Below, piece after piece: positions 15,519-25,761 of a stretch of 63,760 nt of DNA. Source of the DNA: a virus. Lineage: Duplodnaviria; Caudoviricetes. Under the pieces are notes generated by a model, which was not told where the DNA came from, made no database searches, and saw only the letters and a list, made by a program, of their open reading frames with translations. The DNA lies in IMG/VR virus record IMGVR_UViG_3300036791_001402, positions 1 through 63,760 of that record. The stretch is one strand, 5' to 3'. A program made the translations under genes and the position numbers. The number at the start of each line of letters is the position of its first letter. Within the stretch, counting starts at the first letter, position 1.

Positions 15519-15854
15519 ATGCGGTGTTTAACACAGGCGGCGAAGGCATTGTTTGACGGGGCGGGTTACGAGCCGGAGCGGGACAATGTGCGCTTGCTGT
15601 CGCAGCACGAGCGGGTGCGGGATCTGATGCTGGACGGGGAGTGGCGGGGCTTGGAGGAGATCGCGGGATTGACGGGAGACCCGGCGGCCAGCGTGAGCGC
15701 ACAGCTCAGGCATCTGCGGAAGGCGAGGTTTGGGGGGTACGTGGTGACGCGGAGGTACAGGGGCGAGGGGTTGTACGAGTACCAGGTGAGGAAGCCCGAT
15801 CCGGTGGACTCGGGGATGGGGTGGTTGTTTGCGGACATGGAGAAGGAGGGGTGA
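15519..15854 (+). CDS. Winged-helix-like phage protein
   Basis: LMLDGEWRGLEEI...ASVSAQLRHLRK...FGG...YEY. Confidence 0.7.
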   Translation: MRCLTQAAKALFDGAGYEPERDNVRLLSQHERVRDLMLDGEWRGLEEIAGLTGDPAASVSAQLRHLRKARFGGYVVTRRYRGEGLYEYQVRKPDPVDSGMGWLFADMEKEG

Positions 15855-16030
15855 TGGCGAACTGGATTGGCAAGGCGACGGCGGAGATGAGGCGCAAGGG
15901 GACGGAGGGAAGTTTCGGGAAGGCGACGGCGAAGAAGATCAAGCGGGGGTTGAAGGAAGGCGGGAAGCGGGCCAAGAAGGCGGGGTTCGCGAAGGCCATG
16001 AAGACCATCGCGGCTAACCGGAAGGGGTGA
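15854..16030 (+). CDS. Small basic protein
   Basis: AAGGAGG RBS; Lys/Arg-rich NWI...KGTEGSF...AKKAGFA. Confidence 0.7.
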   Translation: MANWIGKATAEMRRKGTEGSFGKATAKKIKRGLKEGGKRAKKAGFAKAMKTIAANRKG

Positions 16031-16031
16031 G

Positions 16032-16220
16032 TTGAACGAATCAACAAAAACTGTAGTAGTAAATCGGGGTCTGCGTCCGGGGGTGGATGCATGCCGGTTT
16101 TGTGGCGGTTTACATTTCGGCAGCGGGTTGGTGTGTCCATACATTTGCGGCAAATGTTTCAAAGATATCAGGCAAGAATCTGAGGATCCCTGCCTATGCG
16201 GACAGGAAGGATTGAAGTGA
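16032..16220 (+). CDS. Small Cys-rich protein
   Basis: TTG start; several CxxC motifs; fills an operon gap. Confidence 0.4.
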   Translation: MNESTKTVVVNRGLRPGVDACRFCGGLHFGSGLVCPYICGKCFKDIRQESEDPCLCGQEGLK

Positions 16221-16681
16221 TCGAGATTGAGAAGAGCATTACGGCGGACACTCGGTCCTGCGATTACAGCAAGGTGACCAAGGACCAGCTACACCAGAGC
16301 AGCGTCCAGCACATTAACGATGTCAGGAAGGCTCTGGGCTTTTTTTGCGAACAACTCCACCTCGCCAGTCTGCGGCACGACTACGACAAGCTGACGGAGA
16401 TTGACTGGTTCCACGCCGACTTTGTGACCGGGTTCAAGGAGACGGGGTGGTGGGACAACCACCGCAAGGTGAACCGCCACCACTTGCTCGAGGCGGACGG
16501 AGTGCCGGAGGACGTGAACCTCGTGGACGTGCTGGACATGATCGCCGACTGCGTGATGGCGGGGATGGGGCGCACGGGGACGGTGTACGCGCTGAACATC
16601 GAGCCGGAAGTGCTGATGAGGGCGTTCAGGAACACGGTGGAGTTGCTGAAGGCGCAGGTTCGGGTGAAGGACGAGGCGTGA
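16217..16681 (+). CDS. HD-like (DUF5662-type) hypothetical protein
   Basis: RHDYDKL, HRKVNRHH, NLVDVLDMIAD. Confidence 0.65.
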   Translation: MIEIEKSITADTRSCDYSKVTKDQLHQSSVQHINDVRKALGFFCEQLHLASLRHDYDKLTEIDWFHADFVTGFKETGWWDNHRKVNRHHLLEADGVPEDVNLVDVLDMIADCVMAGMGRTGTVYALNIEPEVLMRAFRNTVELLKAQVRVKDEA

Positions 16682-17040
16682 TGACCTGGCTGGTCGCATT
16701 GGCGGGATGGCTGGCGCTGGGCGGAGTGGAGGCGTGGGTCATCTGCTGGTGGGAAGAGCGGAGGCGGAGATGGACCGGGAATGGTTCAGGCAGAGGATAA
16801 GGCGGGAGCTGGCGCTGCGGCATCTGGTGGACCACAACCTGCGGGTGCTGAGGCGGGGCTACACGGCAAGGGACTGCACGGATGCGGTGGCGGAGGCCAT
16901 CTGGCGGCTGGTTGAAGAACAGGCCAGGGAGCGCGGGGCGGGGACGGAGAACGAGGGTGTACCGCTGCAGCACTGAAGATATCGGGGTGCCGGACGGTGT
17001 GCGTTGGAACGGCGCCGTCCGGGTTTTTTCGGGGAGCGGG

Positions 17041-18459
17041 ATGGCGGCTTACTACAACGAGAACGATGGGGCCAAGGCGGCGTGGCTCAGGGAACTGGTG
17101 AAGGCGGGACTGATCGCGGCGGGAGACGTGGACGAGAGAGGGATCGAGGATGTCCGAGCAGATGAGCTTGTGGGATACCGGCAGTGCCACTTCTTCGCCG
17201 GGGTCGGAGTCTGGAGCTACGCTCTCCGGTGTGCGGGGTGGGAAGACGAAAGGGAAGTCTGGACGGGATCGTGTCCCTGCCCGAGCTTCAGTGCCGCCGG
17301 AAAAGGCCGAGGGTTTGGAGACCCTCGTCACCTCTGGCCTCATTGGGCGCGACTCATCGGGGAGCGTAAGCCTCCAGTGCTCTTTGGAGAGATGGTTAAT
17401 GCCGCGATTGGACATGGCTGGTTCGACCTTGTTCAAACTGACCTGGAAGCACAGGAATACGCCGTTGGGAAGGCGGTATTTGGCGCATGTGGCGTCGGCG
17501 CACCGCACATCAGGATGCGGCTCTACTTCGTGGGCGAGTGCATGGCCCAGTCCCAATCGTGGGGACGACAACAACAGTCGCATCCCGCTGGAGAATATTC
17601 AGGCCTATTCGGAGCGCAGATTGTCGCGGGAGAACGCCTGCAGCCAACTGGCGGACACCGCCCAGGCGCTGGCGGCGTGGCCCACATGCGCGGCCTCAGA
17701 CGGCAACGGGGGGAAGGGGCCGCGTCACGGGATGAGTCCGACGGGACAGATGCCGGACGGCACGAAAGCGACGGTAGACCTGTCGGCGGCAGCGAAGATG
17801 CTGGCCGCATGGCCCACGCCCAACGCGATGGAGGGAGGGCAGACCTCGCGGAGCGGGGAGAGGAAGGACGAAGTGCTGATGGGCGGCATGGCGAGACTGG
17901 CGTCGTGGCGCACCCCGGACAGAACGGATTCCGACCGCGGCGTTCATCCTCACCCCGACGCTCAGGCGGGAAGCCATTCGCTGGTAACGGAGTCGGGGCT
18001 GGCGTCGTGGTCCAGCCCCAGCGCGAGGGACTGGAAAGATACTCCGGGGATGGCGACCACGGGGACCGATCCCGACGGGACGGAGCGGGAGAGGCTGGAC
18101 CAGTTGCCGCGTCAGGCGCATCTGAGCGGGTGGCCCACGCCCATGGCGGGGAGTCCGGCGACGGAGGAATACAACGAAGCGGGGAACAACGATTCCAGCC
18201 GCAGAACGCAAGCGTTGGTAATGGAAGTGGACGGCCCGGTGCGGTTAACGGCTTCTGGCGAGATGCTGACTGGCTCCGCTGCCGGGATGGACGGTGGCGG
18301 CCAGCTCGACCCGGCACATTCCCGCTGGTTGCAGGGACTGCCGCCCGAGTGGTGCGACTGCGGGGTTACGGCGATGCGCTCTGCGCGCCGGCCGCGCAAG
18401 CCTTCATCGAAAGCTACATCGACGCCTGTCAGGAAAGGGAAGTGAACGATGGCGTATGA
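17041..18459 (+). CDS. DNA (cytosine-5) methyltransferase, alpha polypeptide
   Basis: FFAGVG (motif I), GSCPCPSFS (catalytic PC), [16 protein letters not shown] (VIII), LRGYGDAL (X). Confidence 0.88.
   Translation: MAAYYNENDGAKAAWLRELVKAGLIAAGDVDERGIEDVRADELVGYRQCHFFAGVGVWSYALRCAGWEDEREVWTGSCPCPSFSAAGKGRGFGDPRHLWPHWARLIGERKPPVLFGEMVNAAIGHGWFDLVQTDLEAQEYAVGKAVFGACGVGAPHIRMRLYFVGECMAQSQSWGRQQQSHPAGEYSGLFGAQIVAGERLQPTGGHRPGAGGVAHMRGLRRQRGEGAASRDESDGTDAGRHESDGRPVGGSEDAGRMAHAQRDGGRADLAERGEEGRSADGRHGETGVVAHPGQNGFRPRRSSSPRRSGGKPFAGNGVGAGVVVQPQREGLERYSGDGDHGDRSRRDGAGEAGPVAASGASERVAHAHGGESGDGGIQRSGEQRFQPQNASVGNGSGRPGAVNGFWRDADWLRCRDGRWRPARPGTFPLVAGTAARVVRLRGYGDALCAPAAQAFIESYIDACQEREVNDGV
17150..18445 (+). 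CDS. Overlapping-frame C5 methyltransferase beta-like polypeptide with six W-P-T-P-type repeats
   Basis: 431-codon open frame inside the MTase; GAGG before ATG; [16 protein letters not shown] resembles motif IX. Confidence 0.72.
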   Translation: MSEQMSLWDTGSATSSPGSESGATLSGVRGGKTKGKSGRDRVPARASVPPEKAEGLETLVTSGLIGRDSSGSVSLQCSLERWLMPRLDMAGSTLFKLTWKHRNTPLGRRYLAHVASAHRTSGCGSTSWASAWPSPNRGDDNNSRIPLENIQAYSERRLSRENACSQLADTAQALAAWPTCAASDGNGGKGPRHGMSPTGQMPDGTKATVDLSAAAKMLAAWPTPNAMEGGQTSRSGERKDEVLMGGMARLASWRTPDRTDSDRGVHPHPDAQAGSHSLVTESGLASWSSPSARDWKDTPGMATTGTDPDGTERERLDQLPRQAHLSGWPTPMAGSPATEEYNEAGNNDSSRRTQALVMEVDGPVRLTASGEMLTGSAAGMDGGGQLDPAHSRWLQGLPPEWCDCGVTAMRSARRPRKPSSKATSTPVRKGK

Positions 18460-18886
18460 ACGCACTGAGGTGCCGGTCACCAAGTCCCAGGAAGGCATTC
18501 GCAGACTGATCATGAGCCACAAGGGGCAGAAGATCGCTTTCATCACCGAGCCTTCCAGCGAGGGCTTCGCGGCCATGGTGGAGATTGACGGGGTGCCTTA
18601 CCAGATCAAGATCTCCGGCCTCTGCCGCTCTCCGGGGAGAAACATGAGCCGGACTCGGGCGGAGAACTTCAAAGTGGCGGAGGAGCGAAGGATATGGCGG
18701 GTGCTTTTCTACCATCTCAAGAGCGTTTTTGAGGCGTCGGATTCGGGAGTGCTGGAGTTCCGCGAGATCATGCTGCCCTACATCGTGACCTCGAGCGGGA
18801 AAATGATCGCCCAGGAGATCCTGCCCCGCATTCAGGAAGCCATTGAGCAAAATCCGGCGCGATTGCTGACAGGGGTTGGAGGATGA
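18449..18886 (+). CDS. Hypothetical protein
   Basis: [12 protein letters not shown]...WRVLFYHLKS; coupled. Confidence 0.7.
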   Translation: MAYERTEVPVTKSQEGIRRLIMSHKGQKIAFITEPSSEGFAAMVEIDGVPYQIKISGLCRSPGRNMSRTRAENFKVAEERRIWRVLFYHLKSVFEASDSGVLEFREIMLPYIVTSSGKMIAQEILPRIQEAIEQNPARLLTGVGG

Positions 18887-19101
18887 GGAAGAAGGTTAAG
18901 AAAGTCGATCATGGTGCCCACTGGCGCAGTTTCAGGGAGCGCCACAACCTGAGCCAGCAGAGCCTGGCCCTGGCCGCCGGACTGACGGAGAAGACGGTGT
19001 GGAACGTGGAGACCGGAAAACACGCCCCGTCGTACATCACGAAGGCGCGATTCGCCGCTCTCGAAGAACGCTATCGAAAGGAAAAACGGCATGGAGTCTG
19101 A
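18883..19101 (+). CDS. XRE-family helix-turn-helix regulator
   Basis: RERHNLSQQSLALAAGLTEKTVWNVETGKHAP. Confidence 0.85.
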   Translation: MRKKVKKVDHGAHWRSFRERHNLSQQSLALAAGLTEKTVWNVETGKHAPSYITKARFAALEERYRKEKRHGV

Positions 19102-19477
19102 ACGCGAGTCGGTACGCTTCCTCGAGGATGGGGAAATCAAGGAAGGCATCTGCCAGAAGGTCGCTGAGGCATTGATGGCGGAGTTGAACAAGACCTGCAA
19201 CCTGCACGGGCGGTCCTACGCCAAGTTCCGCGGTCGTGTGAAGGTCGAGTTGGAACTGGATGATCTGCAGACGGTGACGGTGGAGCGGCGGACGGTGGAG
19301 ATCAATCCCGGGGAGGCGTTTGACGGGCAGCCGGTAGCGGTCGCGGCGGAGGTGGTGATCGAGGAAATGCCACCCAACCAGTTCCGCATGGAGACCGACC
19401 AGCCGATCCTGATGAAGACCGTCGAGGACGGCAGGACGGTGGAGAAAAAGGTAAAGTATAAGGCGGCGAAGCGATGA
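19091..19477 (+). CDS. Hypothetical protein
   Basis: Coupled ORF in operon. Confidence 0.6.
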   Translation: MESERESVRFLEDGEIKEGICQKVAEALMAELNKTCNLHGRSYAKFRGRVKVELELDDLQTVTVERRTVEINPGEAFDGQPVAVAAEVVIEEMPPNQFRMETDQPILMKTVEDGRTVEKKVKYKAAKR

Positions 19478-19788
19478 AGGTCAGGAAAAAGCCGTTGATC
19501 GTGGATGCGGTGCAGTTGACGTGGAGCAACTGGGACGAGATCTGTCGCTTCGTGCCGAAGCCTTGGTTTGTGCGCGGGGTGTGGCTGGACAAGGATGGCA
19601 ACCCGCTGCCTGAGGATCAATGGCATTTTGGCGAGAACAACGACGATCTGGGTCTGATCATCCAGACGCTGGAGACTAACGAGTTTCTGGCGCGGGGGAA
19701 CGACTGGATCATCCGCGGCGTGAAGGGCGAGTTCTATCCGTGCAAGCCGGATGTGTTCGCGGAGAGTTACGAGGTGCTGGCTAACTGA
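19474..19788 (+). CDS. Conserved phage protein (KKP..V.A...GEFYPCKPDVF family)
   Basis: KKPLIVDAVQ, DWIIRGVKGEFYPCKPDVFAESYE. Confidence 0.8.
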   Translation: MKVRKKPLIVDAVQLTWSNWDEICRFVPKPWFVRGVWLDKDGNPLPEDQWHFGENNDDLGLIIQTLETNEFLARGNDWIIRGVKGEFYPCKPDVFAESYEVLAN

Positions 19789-19976
19789 TGCCGGAACATT
19801 ATCCAAAAGCCACGGTGGAGGTGAAGGTATGGTGCAACGTGTGCCACAGGGAGACCATGCATCGGGTGAACAACGGGCGCCGGGGTTCCTGCCTGGAGTG
19901 TATCGGGAAGCGGGAGCGGGAGATCAAGGAACGCAGGGCGAAGCCGCCCTTGCCGGTGCAGCAGAAGCTGTTTTGA
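19788..19976 (+). CDS. Small Zn-ribbon protein
   Basis: CNVC...H...CLEC; TGATG coupling. Confidence 0.55.
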   Translation: MPEHYPKATVEVKVWCNVCHRETMHRVNNGRRGSCLECIGKREREIKERRAKPPLPVQQKLF

Positions 19977-20133
19977 TACGCACGTTTTGTTATAACCCGG
20001 ACAGGACGGTGACCTGTCTGCGCTGCGGAAGCACCTCCCGTTTCTCTTTCGCGGTCTACTACTGTCCGCACTGCCATTGCTCCCATGACAAGAAGCTGAT
20101 CGAGGTGTTTCGGGTGCGTGTGCGAGGCGCGGC

Positions 20134-20355
20134 ATGAAGGGCGAGGACGAGCGCAAGGTGATCGCGGCGGTCCAGTCAATCGCTTACTCGCTCAAACAAC
20201 TGGTCAAGATTACCCAGAAGCAGTTCGATCTGGAACATCCGCCGGAACAGGAACAAAAAGATGCCGAAGTCTACAAAGCCGGAGAAGGCGAAACGGAAGC
20301 TGGCGATAGTGCCCAGGGGCGATTCGAGCGCCTCTACCGCGAAACCCAGGAATAA
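20134..20355 (+). CDS. Small hypothetical protein
   Basis: GAGG RBS; overlaps the next gene. Confidence 0.45.
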   Translation: MKGEDERKVIAAVQSIAYSLKQLVKITQKQFDLEHPPEQEQKDAEVYKAGEGETEAGDSAQGRFERLYRETQE

Positions 20356-21004
20356 GCTGCCAGGCAAGCTCGACCTTTCTCGGCGGGGCGCGGCCCTGCG
20401 CCGGTTATGGCCTTCAAGGCCTCTAGACGTAACGGAGAAGGAGCTGGAACTGGTGCCGGTGGTCACCGACATCATCCGCGGCGCGATGGGCAGCATGCGG
20501 AAGGCGATTCAGGTGCTGCGCTTCTCTGCCGATCCGGCGGTTGTCTCGTTTTTCGAGACCTACGACACCATTCCTCAGGGAGATCGCGAATACCTGCCCA
20601 TCGAGGCCATAGCGTTTAAGGCCTCTGTAAGCCCCGTGGCGCTCCTCGGAGCCATCCTGCTGGCCTCGAAGACCGTCCGGGGGCAGCAGAGCGCCCTGAT
20701 GGCCATTAACGCCCATCCGGCGCTGCTTAAAAAGACCATCAAATACGCCGGAATGCCGGAAGGGAGCAAAGACCGGCAAATGCTCCACCAGGCGGTCGGC
20801 TTCCTGCCCTCGCCTCATCAGGGCGGGGTGAACATGAATGTGAACCTGCTGGGGCCGCCGCAATATCCGCAGGGCATAGCAGCCCCGGAGGCCGCGCCGG
20901 TCACGGAAGAGGAAATCAGCTTCGAGTCTCTGTTCCCCAGCGTGAAGCTGAACCTCGAGGAGTGGTCGGAGGACCGGCAGCGACTGCTAGCGGACAAGAC
21001 CTGA
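20261..21004 (+). CDS. Putative terminase small subunit
   Basis: Directly upstream of and TGATG-coupled to terL; helical; positional call only. Confidence 0.5.
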   Translation: MPKSTKPEKAKRKLAIVPRGDSSASTAKPRNKLPGKLDLSRRGAALRRLWPSRPLDVTEKELELVPVVTDIIRGAMGSMRKAIQVLRFSADPAVVSFFETYDTIPQGDREYLPIEAIAFKASVSPVALLGAILLASKTVRGQQSALMAINAHPALLKKTIKYAGMPEGSKDRQMLHQAVGFLPSPHQGGVNMNVNLLGPPQYPQGIAAPEAAPVTEEEISFESLFPSVKLNLEEWSEDRQRLLADKT

Positions 21005-23136
21005 TGTACCATCCCCGGATCATCGAGCGGACTCTGGATGGATTCGCCAACAAGTATGGCTGGCGTCCCCACCCCCACACCATCGGCGAGGTGGAGGAAT
21101 TCGTTTCCCTGGTGGGTTCCATCCTGACCACCCGGACCAACACCCGGGACACGTTCTATTCCTTCCGTGACGGGTTGCGCCTGAACCAGAATAAGCGCGA
21201 CTACATCCGGCGCTGGGTCATCAATGAGCAATTCTATTGTTTTGCCGACGCATCGTACTTTCAGACCCGCTATGCCTATATCTGCGGGGTGGGCGACGAC
21301 ATCTTCCGCTATACGCCGCGGGACTCGCAGACCATCTTTCATCGCATCGTCGCGGAATTCGACCTGCAACAGGTCGCCATCGAGTTGTTCGTTCTCAAGG
21401 CGCGGCAACTGGGCGTGTCGACGGAGGTGGCGCTCAAATTCCTGCACCGCATCCTGTTCCGGTCCAACACCCGGGCGGTGATGGCCAGTGTGCAGCAGAA
21501 GCAGTCCGACCTGCTGAACCGGATCCTCGATACCTGCTGGAACCGGTTGCCGTTCTGGCTGGTGCCGCCCAAGACGGTGGTCAAGACCTCGACCCCGGAG
21601 TGGGCCAACGGGTCGATCATGTCGATACAGTCGGGGTCGCAGTCGATGGGCATCGCTCAGGGCTGGAGTCCCAGTTGCATTCACATTTCCGAGATCGGAG
21701 ACATTCCCCGACCGCAGAAGGTGCTGGAAGAAGGCTTGTTCCGGGCCGCCCACTCGACGCGGAATTTGTTTTTCGTTCTGGAAGGCACGGGGGCTGGCGA
21801 CACCGGCTGGCAAGCGGAGAAGTGGAAAGACTACAAGGCCAACTGGGGCAAGGGAGGCCGGTTCTGCCCGGTGTTTATTCCGCCGGCCTGTGCCCGGGAT
21901 CTCTATCCCCTGCCCGACTGGCTGAAGAAGAATCCCATCCCTGAAAGCTGGCACCCGTCGGAAGAGACTCGCCGCATGCAGAGGAAGGCGGAGTTGTATA
22001 TCCGGTCGACGGAGTATCTCTACCGGGTGATGGGTGAGAACTGGCGCATGAGCCGCGAGTTTCAGTGGTACTGGGAAGCCAATTATCGCGAGGCGGTCGC
22101 CTCTCACACGGAGAAAGTCTGGCTGGCGCAGATGCCGTGTACCGACGAGGAGGCGCTGCAAAACAAGTTTGACAAGGCGGTTTCCGACGAGACCATCGAG
22201 ATCGCTACCCGGGACAGCGAGAAGAAGTACATCGCTTATGCCATCACCGGCAAGACCATTCTGTTCGGATCGAGCAACAAGCCCTACGAGCCGCCCAAGG
22301 ATGAGATCGACTACGCGGAGCCGAGGATCAACATCCATTGGGCAGCGCCGGACGGGAATTTCTACGACTGGGAACTGGTGCCGCTCAAGCCGTTCAACGA
22401 TGCCGACGATCTGAAGTGCTTTGACAAACTCATGGTCTACCAGTTCCCTAAGCAGAATGTGGATTACTCGGTTGGCGTGGATACGGCGGACGGGCTGGGA
22501 ATGCCCAACGAAGACCGGTCGTGTTTGTCGGTATGGATCAATCGCACCGGCAGGGAACGCGACGAACAGGCGGCGGAGTTTGTGTCCAATCAGGTCAACG
22601 CGCCGCAGATGGCGAGGATCGCCGCCTGCGTGGGGGCATGGTACGGGGAACATGCCAAGAATCCCATGGGCTGCAAGTTCGCCATTGAGCAGAGACGCAA
22701 GCCGGGGGACGAATGCCAGCACCAGTTGAAGATCATGGGGTTCTATCACCACCACCAGATGATCATGTACGACGGCAAGGGCGTGCCCGATCCTTCCAGC
22801 GCCTCCAAGGAAGGGTTTTTCACCAACGTCTGGTCCCGGCCCATGATGCTGAACAAATTTCTGGACGCTTTGAACACCGGCTGGGCGAAACCCAACTCAT
22901 CCATGCTGATTCGTCAGTTGGCGGAGTTGATTCGCAAGGAAAGAGACGGAATTTCGCGAATTGATCACGATTCAGGGAAGCACGACGACAATGTATTTGC
23001 CGCCGGAATGGCCTGGTTCACAGCCCATGACATGGAAAACACTGCGCTTAGGCAGGAAAGGAGATATCGGAGGGAAGAAGAGAGATTTTCTCAAATTGAT
23101 TTACGTTGGGCAACAAATGAAGTTGTTTTAGAGTAA
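21004..23136 (+). CDS. terL: Terminase large subunit
   Basis: LKARQLGVST (Walker A), IHISE (Walker B), VGVDTADG and HDD nuclease motifs. Confidence 0.92.
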   Translation: MYHPRIIERTLDGFANKYGWRPHPHTIGEVEEFVSLVGSILTTRTNTRDTFYSFRDGLRLNQNKRDYIRRWVINEQFYCFADASYFQTRYAYICGVGDDIFRYTPRDSQTIFHRIVAEFDLQQVAIELFVLKARQLGVSTEVALKFLHRILFRSNTRAVMASVQQKQSDLLNRILDTCWNRLPFWLVPPKTVVKTSTPEWANGSIMSIQSGSQSMGIAQGWSPSCIHISEIGDIPRPQKVLEEGLFRAAHSTRNLFFVLEGTGAGDTGWQAEKWKDYKANWGKGGRFCPVFIPPACARDLYPLPDWLKKNPIPESWHPSEETRRMQRKAELYIRSTEYLYRVMGENWRMSREFQWYWEANYREAVASHTEKVWLAQMPCTDEEALQNKFDKAVSDETIEIATRDSEKKYIAYAITGKTILFGSSNKPYEPPKDEIDYAEPRINIHWAAPDGNFYDWELVPLKPFNDADDLKCFDKLMVYQFPKQNVDYSVGVDTADGLGMPNEDRSCLSVWINRTGRERDEQAAEFVSNQVNAPQMARIAACVGAWYGEHAKNPMGCKFAIEQRRKPGDECQHQLKIMGFYHHHQMIMYDGKGVPDPSSASKEGFFTNVWSRPMMLNKFLDALNTGWAKPNSSMLIRQLAELIRKERDGISRIDHDSGKHDDNVFAAGMAWFTAHDMENTALRQERRYRREEERFSQIDLRWATNEVVLE

Positions 23137-23165
23137 ATTACGTAGGTCGGCAATTAAACATTCTC

Positions 23166-23648
23166 ATGGGACGGATCATCATTCCACCTTCGGCACGCAA
23201 CGTGCAGCTTACCGAAAAGGAACAGACCTGTGTTTACATTTCGACCTCGACGGGAAGGATTCTCGGCTTCGGTCACGAGTCCATGCGGCCACTCTTCCGC
23301 GAGGGCTGGAAGCGGGAGGTCTTGAAGCACGCCGCAGACATTGATCGTTGGGCCAACCAGTATGCCAAGCAGGAAGAGGAAGACCGTCAGGCCGAGGACT
23401 ATCTGCGGACGGAGCGCGAACGGTCGGCGAGAAACGCGATCCGCCAGGCGCTGATCGATCGGCGTTCTCATGTTGATGCCATGGGGCGCGCCTATATCGA
23501 CGCCAACCTGAAGCTCATGGACATGCGCGAAGAGCGTGCGCGGCATCGGAAACAACAGGCCTGTCTGCTGACCCAGATGTACGAAGCCGACAAGCTTCCC
23601 GAAGACATTGCGCTCGACTGCCCTGCCTTTAAGGCAGCGGGAAAGTAA
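23166..23648 (+). CDS. Hypothetical protein
   Basis: ORF between terL and portal. Confidence 0.7.
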   Translation: MGRIIIPPSARNVQLTEKEQTCVYISTSTGRILGFGHESMRPLFREGWKREVLKHAADIDRWANQYAKQEEEDRQAEDYLRTERERSARNAIRQALIDRRSHVDAMGRAYIDANLKLMDMREERARHRKQQACLLTQMYEADKLPEDIALDCPAFKAAGK

Positions 23649-23655
23649 GGCGGAG

Positions 23656-25755
23656 ATGGCTACAAGGGGCTTTCCATGGGCGGACGGGCGATACGTCGAA
23701 TGGCAAGTGCCACCCTTCGAGACCGACGCTGTCCGGCGCAAGGCCTGGGTTGACGAACTGATCCAGAACGGCGATCGCTGGCTCAAAGGTCTGAAATCCA
23801 TTTCCCACATCAACGACGACGTGAAGCTGTTGATGGGCGGGAGCCAAAACCTCACGGTTGAATCGAACACTCTGCAGTCGGATGTACGGACTTTTGTCGA
23901 GACCATCTCCGATTTGCGCCAGATCGCCACCTATGGCAGCAAGGCGCAGCAATTTAAAAAGTTCGTGGAAACCTACAACGGGTGCATTCAGCACATCTTC
24001 ATCGATTCCAAGTTTGCTCACAAATCAAGAAAGGCGTTGCAGTATGCAGTGCTGGGGCGCGGCTACCTGTGGGTGAAGTATTCCAAGGATCATTACGGCT
24101 GGGGCAAGGGGCGCATCGTTTTCGATCCGCTGGGTCCGCTCGAGGTGATACCGGAACAGCTCCCCGCCGACAATGACCTGCAGGGAGCCTATTGCAACAC
24201 CGTCATCCGGCCCATGCCGATCGCCGAATGCCACGCCCGGTTCCCCGCCTTTCAGGACCAGTTGCTGCCCATCTCGCGTTTTGACTGGAAGAGTTATGGC
24301 ACGCTCTCCATGGCCAACCGCCTCGACTTCTACGATCGCTGGCGATTTGGGGCCGAAACCACGGACTGGGATAATCGCTACGGAGAGAACCGTTACACCT
24401 ACATCCGCGATCTGAGAATCAACAACACCGGCAGGAAGCTGCAGATGGGAGCGCCGGGAGCGACGTGGGGCTACGAAGTGCCTTCGCTGGGCGACCAGAT
24501 TGTTTCTATCAATCCGTTCAATGGATTGCCGCAGTCCAGAGAAGCTGGCGAAGAAGATTGCCGCCTGTATCCCAACCTGCGTCTCATCATCACCAATCCC
24601 ACCGTGAAAACGCCGATGTACGATGGTCCCGCATTCGATATGCATGGAGAGATGCCGCTGGTTGAATACGACGTCAACGACTGGCCCTGGTCGCCGCTGG
24701 GCTATTCGCTGATCCATGGCGTGTCAGGTCTCGAGAAGGCCAGGCGGCGACTGCTGAGCCGGATGCACGAGGTAACAGAGATCAATCTCGATCCGCCTCT
24801 GGGCTACGATCTCCATTCGGGGGTGAGCCGGGTGCAGATGGAGAAGATCGATCTGCTCCGGTCGCAGGGCTATCGGGTGGGGACCAACGGCGACCCGCGC
24901 AAGGCATTGCAGTCGGTCCTGCCCGACACCATCCGGGTCAACGAGGCGGATTTCAAGCAGAAAGAACTGCTGGACGCCGAAGTCAAGAACACGCTGGGGC
25001 TGAACGATCTGGTCAGTATGCGCGATCTGAAGATGAATGTGTCGGCGGAATCGTTTGACAAGATCATCGAGGGACTGGGACCGATCGCCAAAGGCATTGC
25101 CGAGAACATGGGTGTGGCGCACAACAAGATCGCGCACATGCTGAAATACATGATCCCGCAATATTTCACCGTGGCGGAGATCATGGCGGTCGTGGGCGCG
25201 GACGGGATCTCCATGCAGACCTTCGATTACGATCCCAACAACCTGATCCCTTCCCATCTTCCCGGCGAACTGGAGACGGAGGAGAGCAAGTACGCGTTGC
25301 GGGACCGCGCCAAATGGTTTGCGGATCAGTTGGCGATCGTCTCCATTCCGACGCAACTGCTCAACGTGACGCAACAGCAGGAGCAGATGAAGTACATGAT
25401 GTTCCTGCAGCGGGGTGCGCCAATTCCCATGGCTACGATCATGGAAAAGCTGGGAGTGCAGAATTACGGCACTCCGACCGGCGACACCGAGTACGAGAAG
25501 TGGAAGACCGAGCAGGTCGACAAGCTGGTCTTCGAGTTCAAGGCCAAGCTTCTGATGGCAGCGGAAATGCAAGCGGCGGGGATCCAGCAACCCGGGCAGC
25601 CGGGACAACCTGGGGCAGCACCTCCGCAACCGGCCCTCGGGGCACCCCCGCCGCAACCTCAGGGAAGGCAGCCCACCGATCAGGCACCGCCGCGGCAGGA
25701 GATGCGCGGCACCACCACCGGCAATCCCCGCGTGGTGCTGAGCACGTCAAAGTGA
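23656..25755 (+). CDS. Portal protein
   Basis: 699 aa after terL; GRGYLWV motif; Gln/Pro-rich C-terminal tail typical of podovirus portals. Confidence 0.78.
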   Translation: MATRGFPWADGRYVEWQVPPFETDAVRRKAWVDELIQNGDRWLKGLKSISHINDDVKLLMGGSQNLTVESNTLQSDVRTFVETISDLRQIATYGSKAQQFKKFVETYNGCIQHIFIDSKFAHKSRKALQYAVLGRGYLWVKYSKDHYGWGKGRIVFDPLGPLEVIPEQLPADNDLQGAYCNTVIRPMPIAECHARFPAFQDQLLPISRFDWKSYGTLSMANRLDFYDRWRFGAETTDWDNRYGENRYTYIRDLRINNTGRKLQMGAPGATWGYEVPSLGDQIVSINPFNGLPQSREAGEEDCRLYPNLRLIITNPTVKTPMYDGPAFDMHGEMPLVEYDVNDWPWSPLGYSLIHGVSGLEKARRRLLSRMHEVTEINLDPPLGYDLHSGVSRVQMEKIDLLRSQGYRVGTNGDPRKALQSVLPDTIRVNEADFKQKELLDAEVKNTLGLNDLVSMRDLKMNVSAESFDKIIEGLGPIAKGIAENMGVAHNKIAHMLKYMIPQYFTVAEIMAVVGADGISMQTFDYDPNNLIPSHLPGELETEESKYALRDRAKWFADQLAIVSIPTQLLNVTQQQEQMKYMMFLQRGAPIPMATIMEKLGVQNYGTPTGDTEYEKWKTEQVDKLVFEFKAKLLMAAEMQAAGIQQPGQPGQPGAAPPQPALGAPPPQPQGRQPTDQAPPRQEMRGTTTGNPRVVLSTSK

Positions 25756-25761
25756 GGCAGC

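Noticed and set aside
20818-22755. 645-aa minus-strand ORF and other long antisense ORFs (393-1067, 24724-25656, 51513-52577)
   Set aside because: Shadow frames opposite well-supported genes in GC-rich DNA; no motifs
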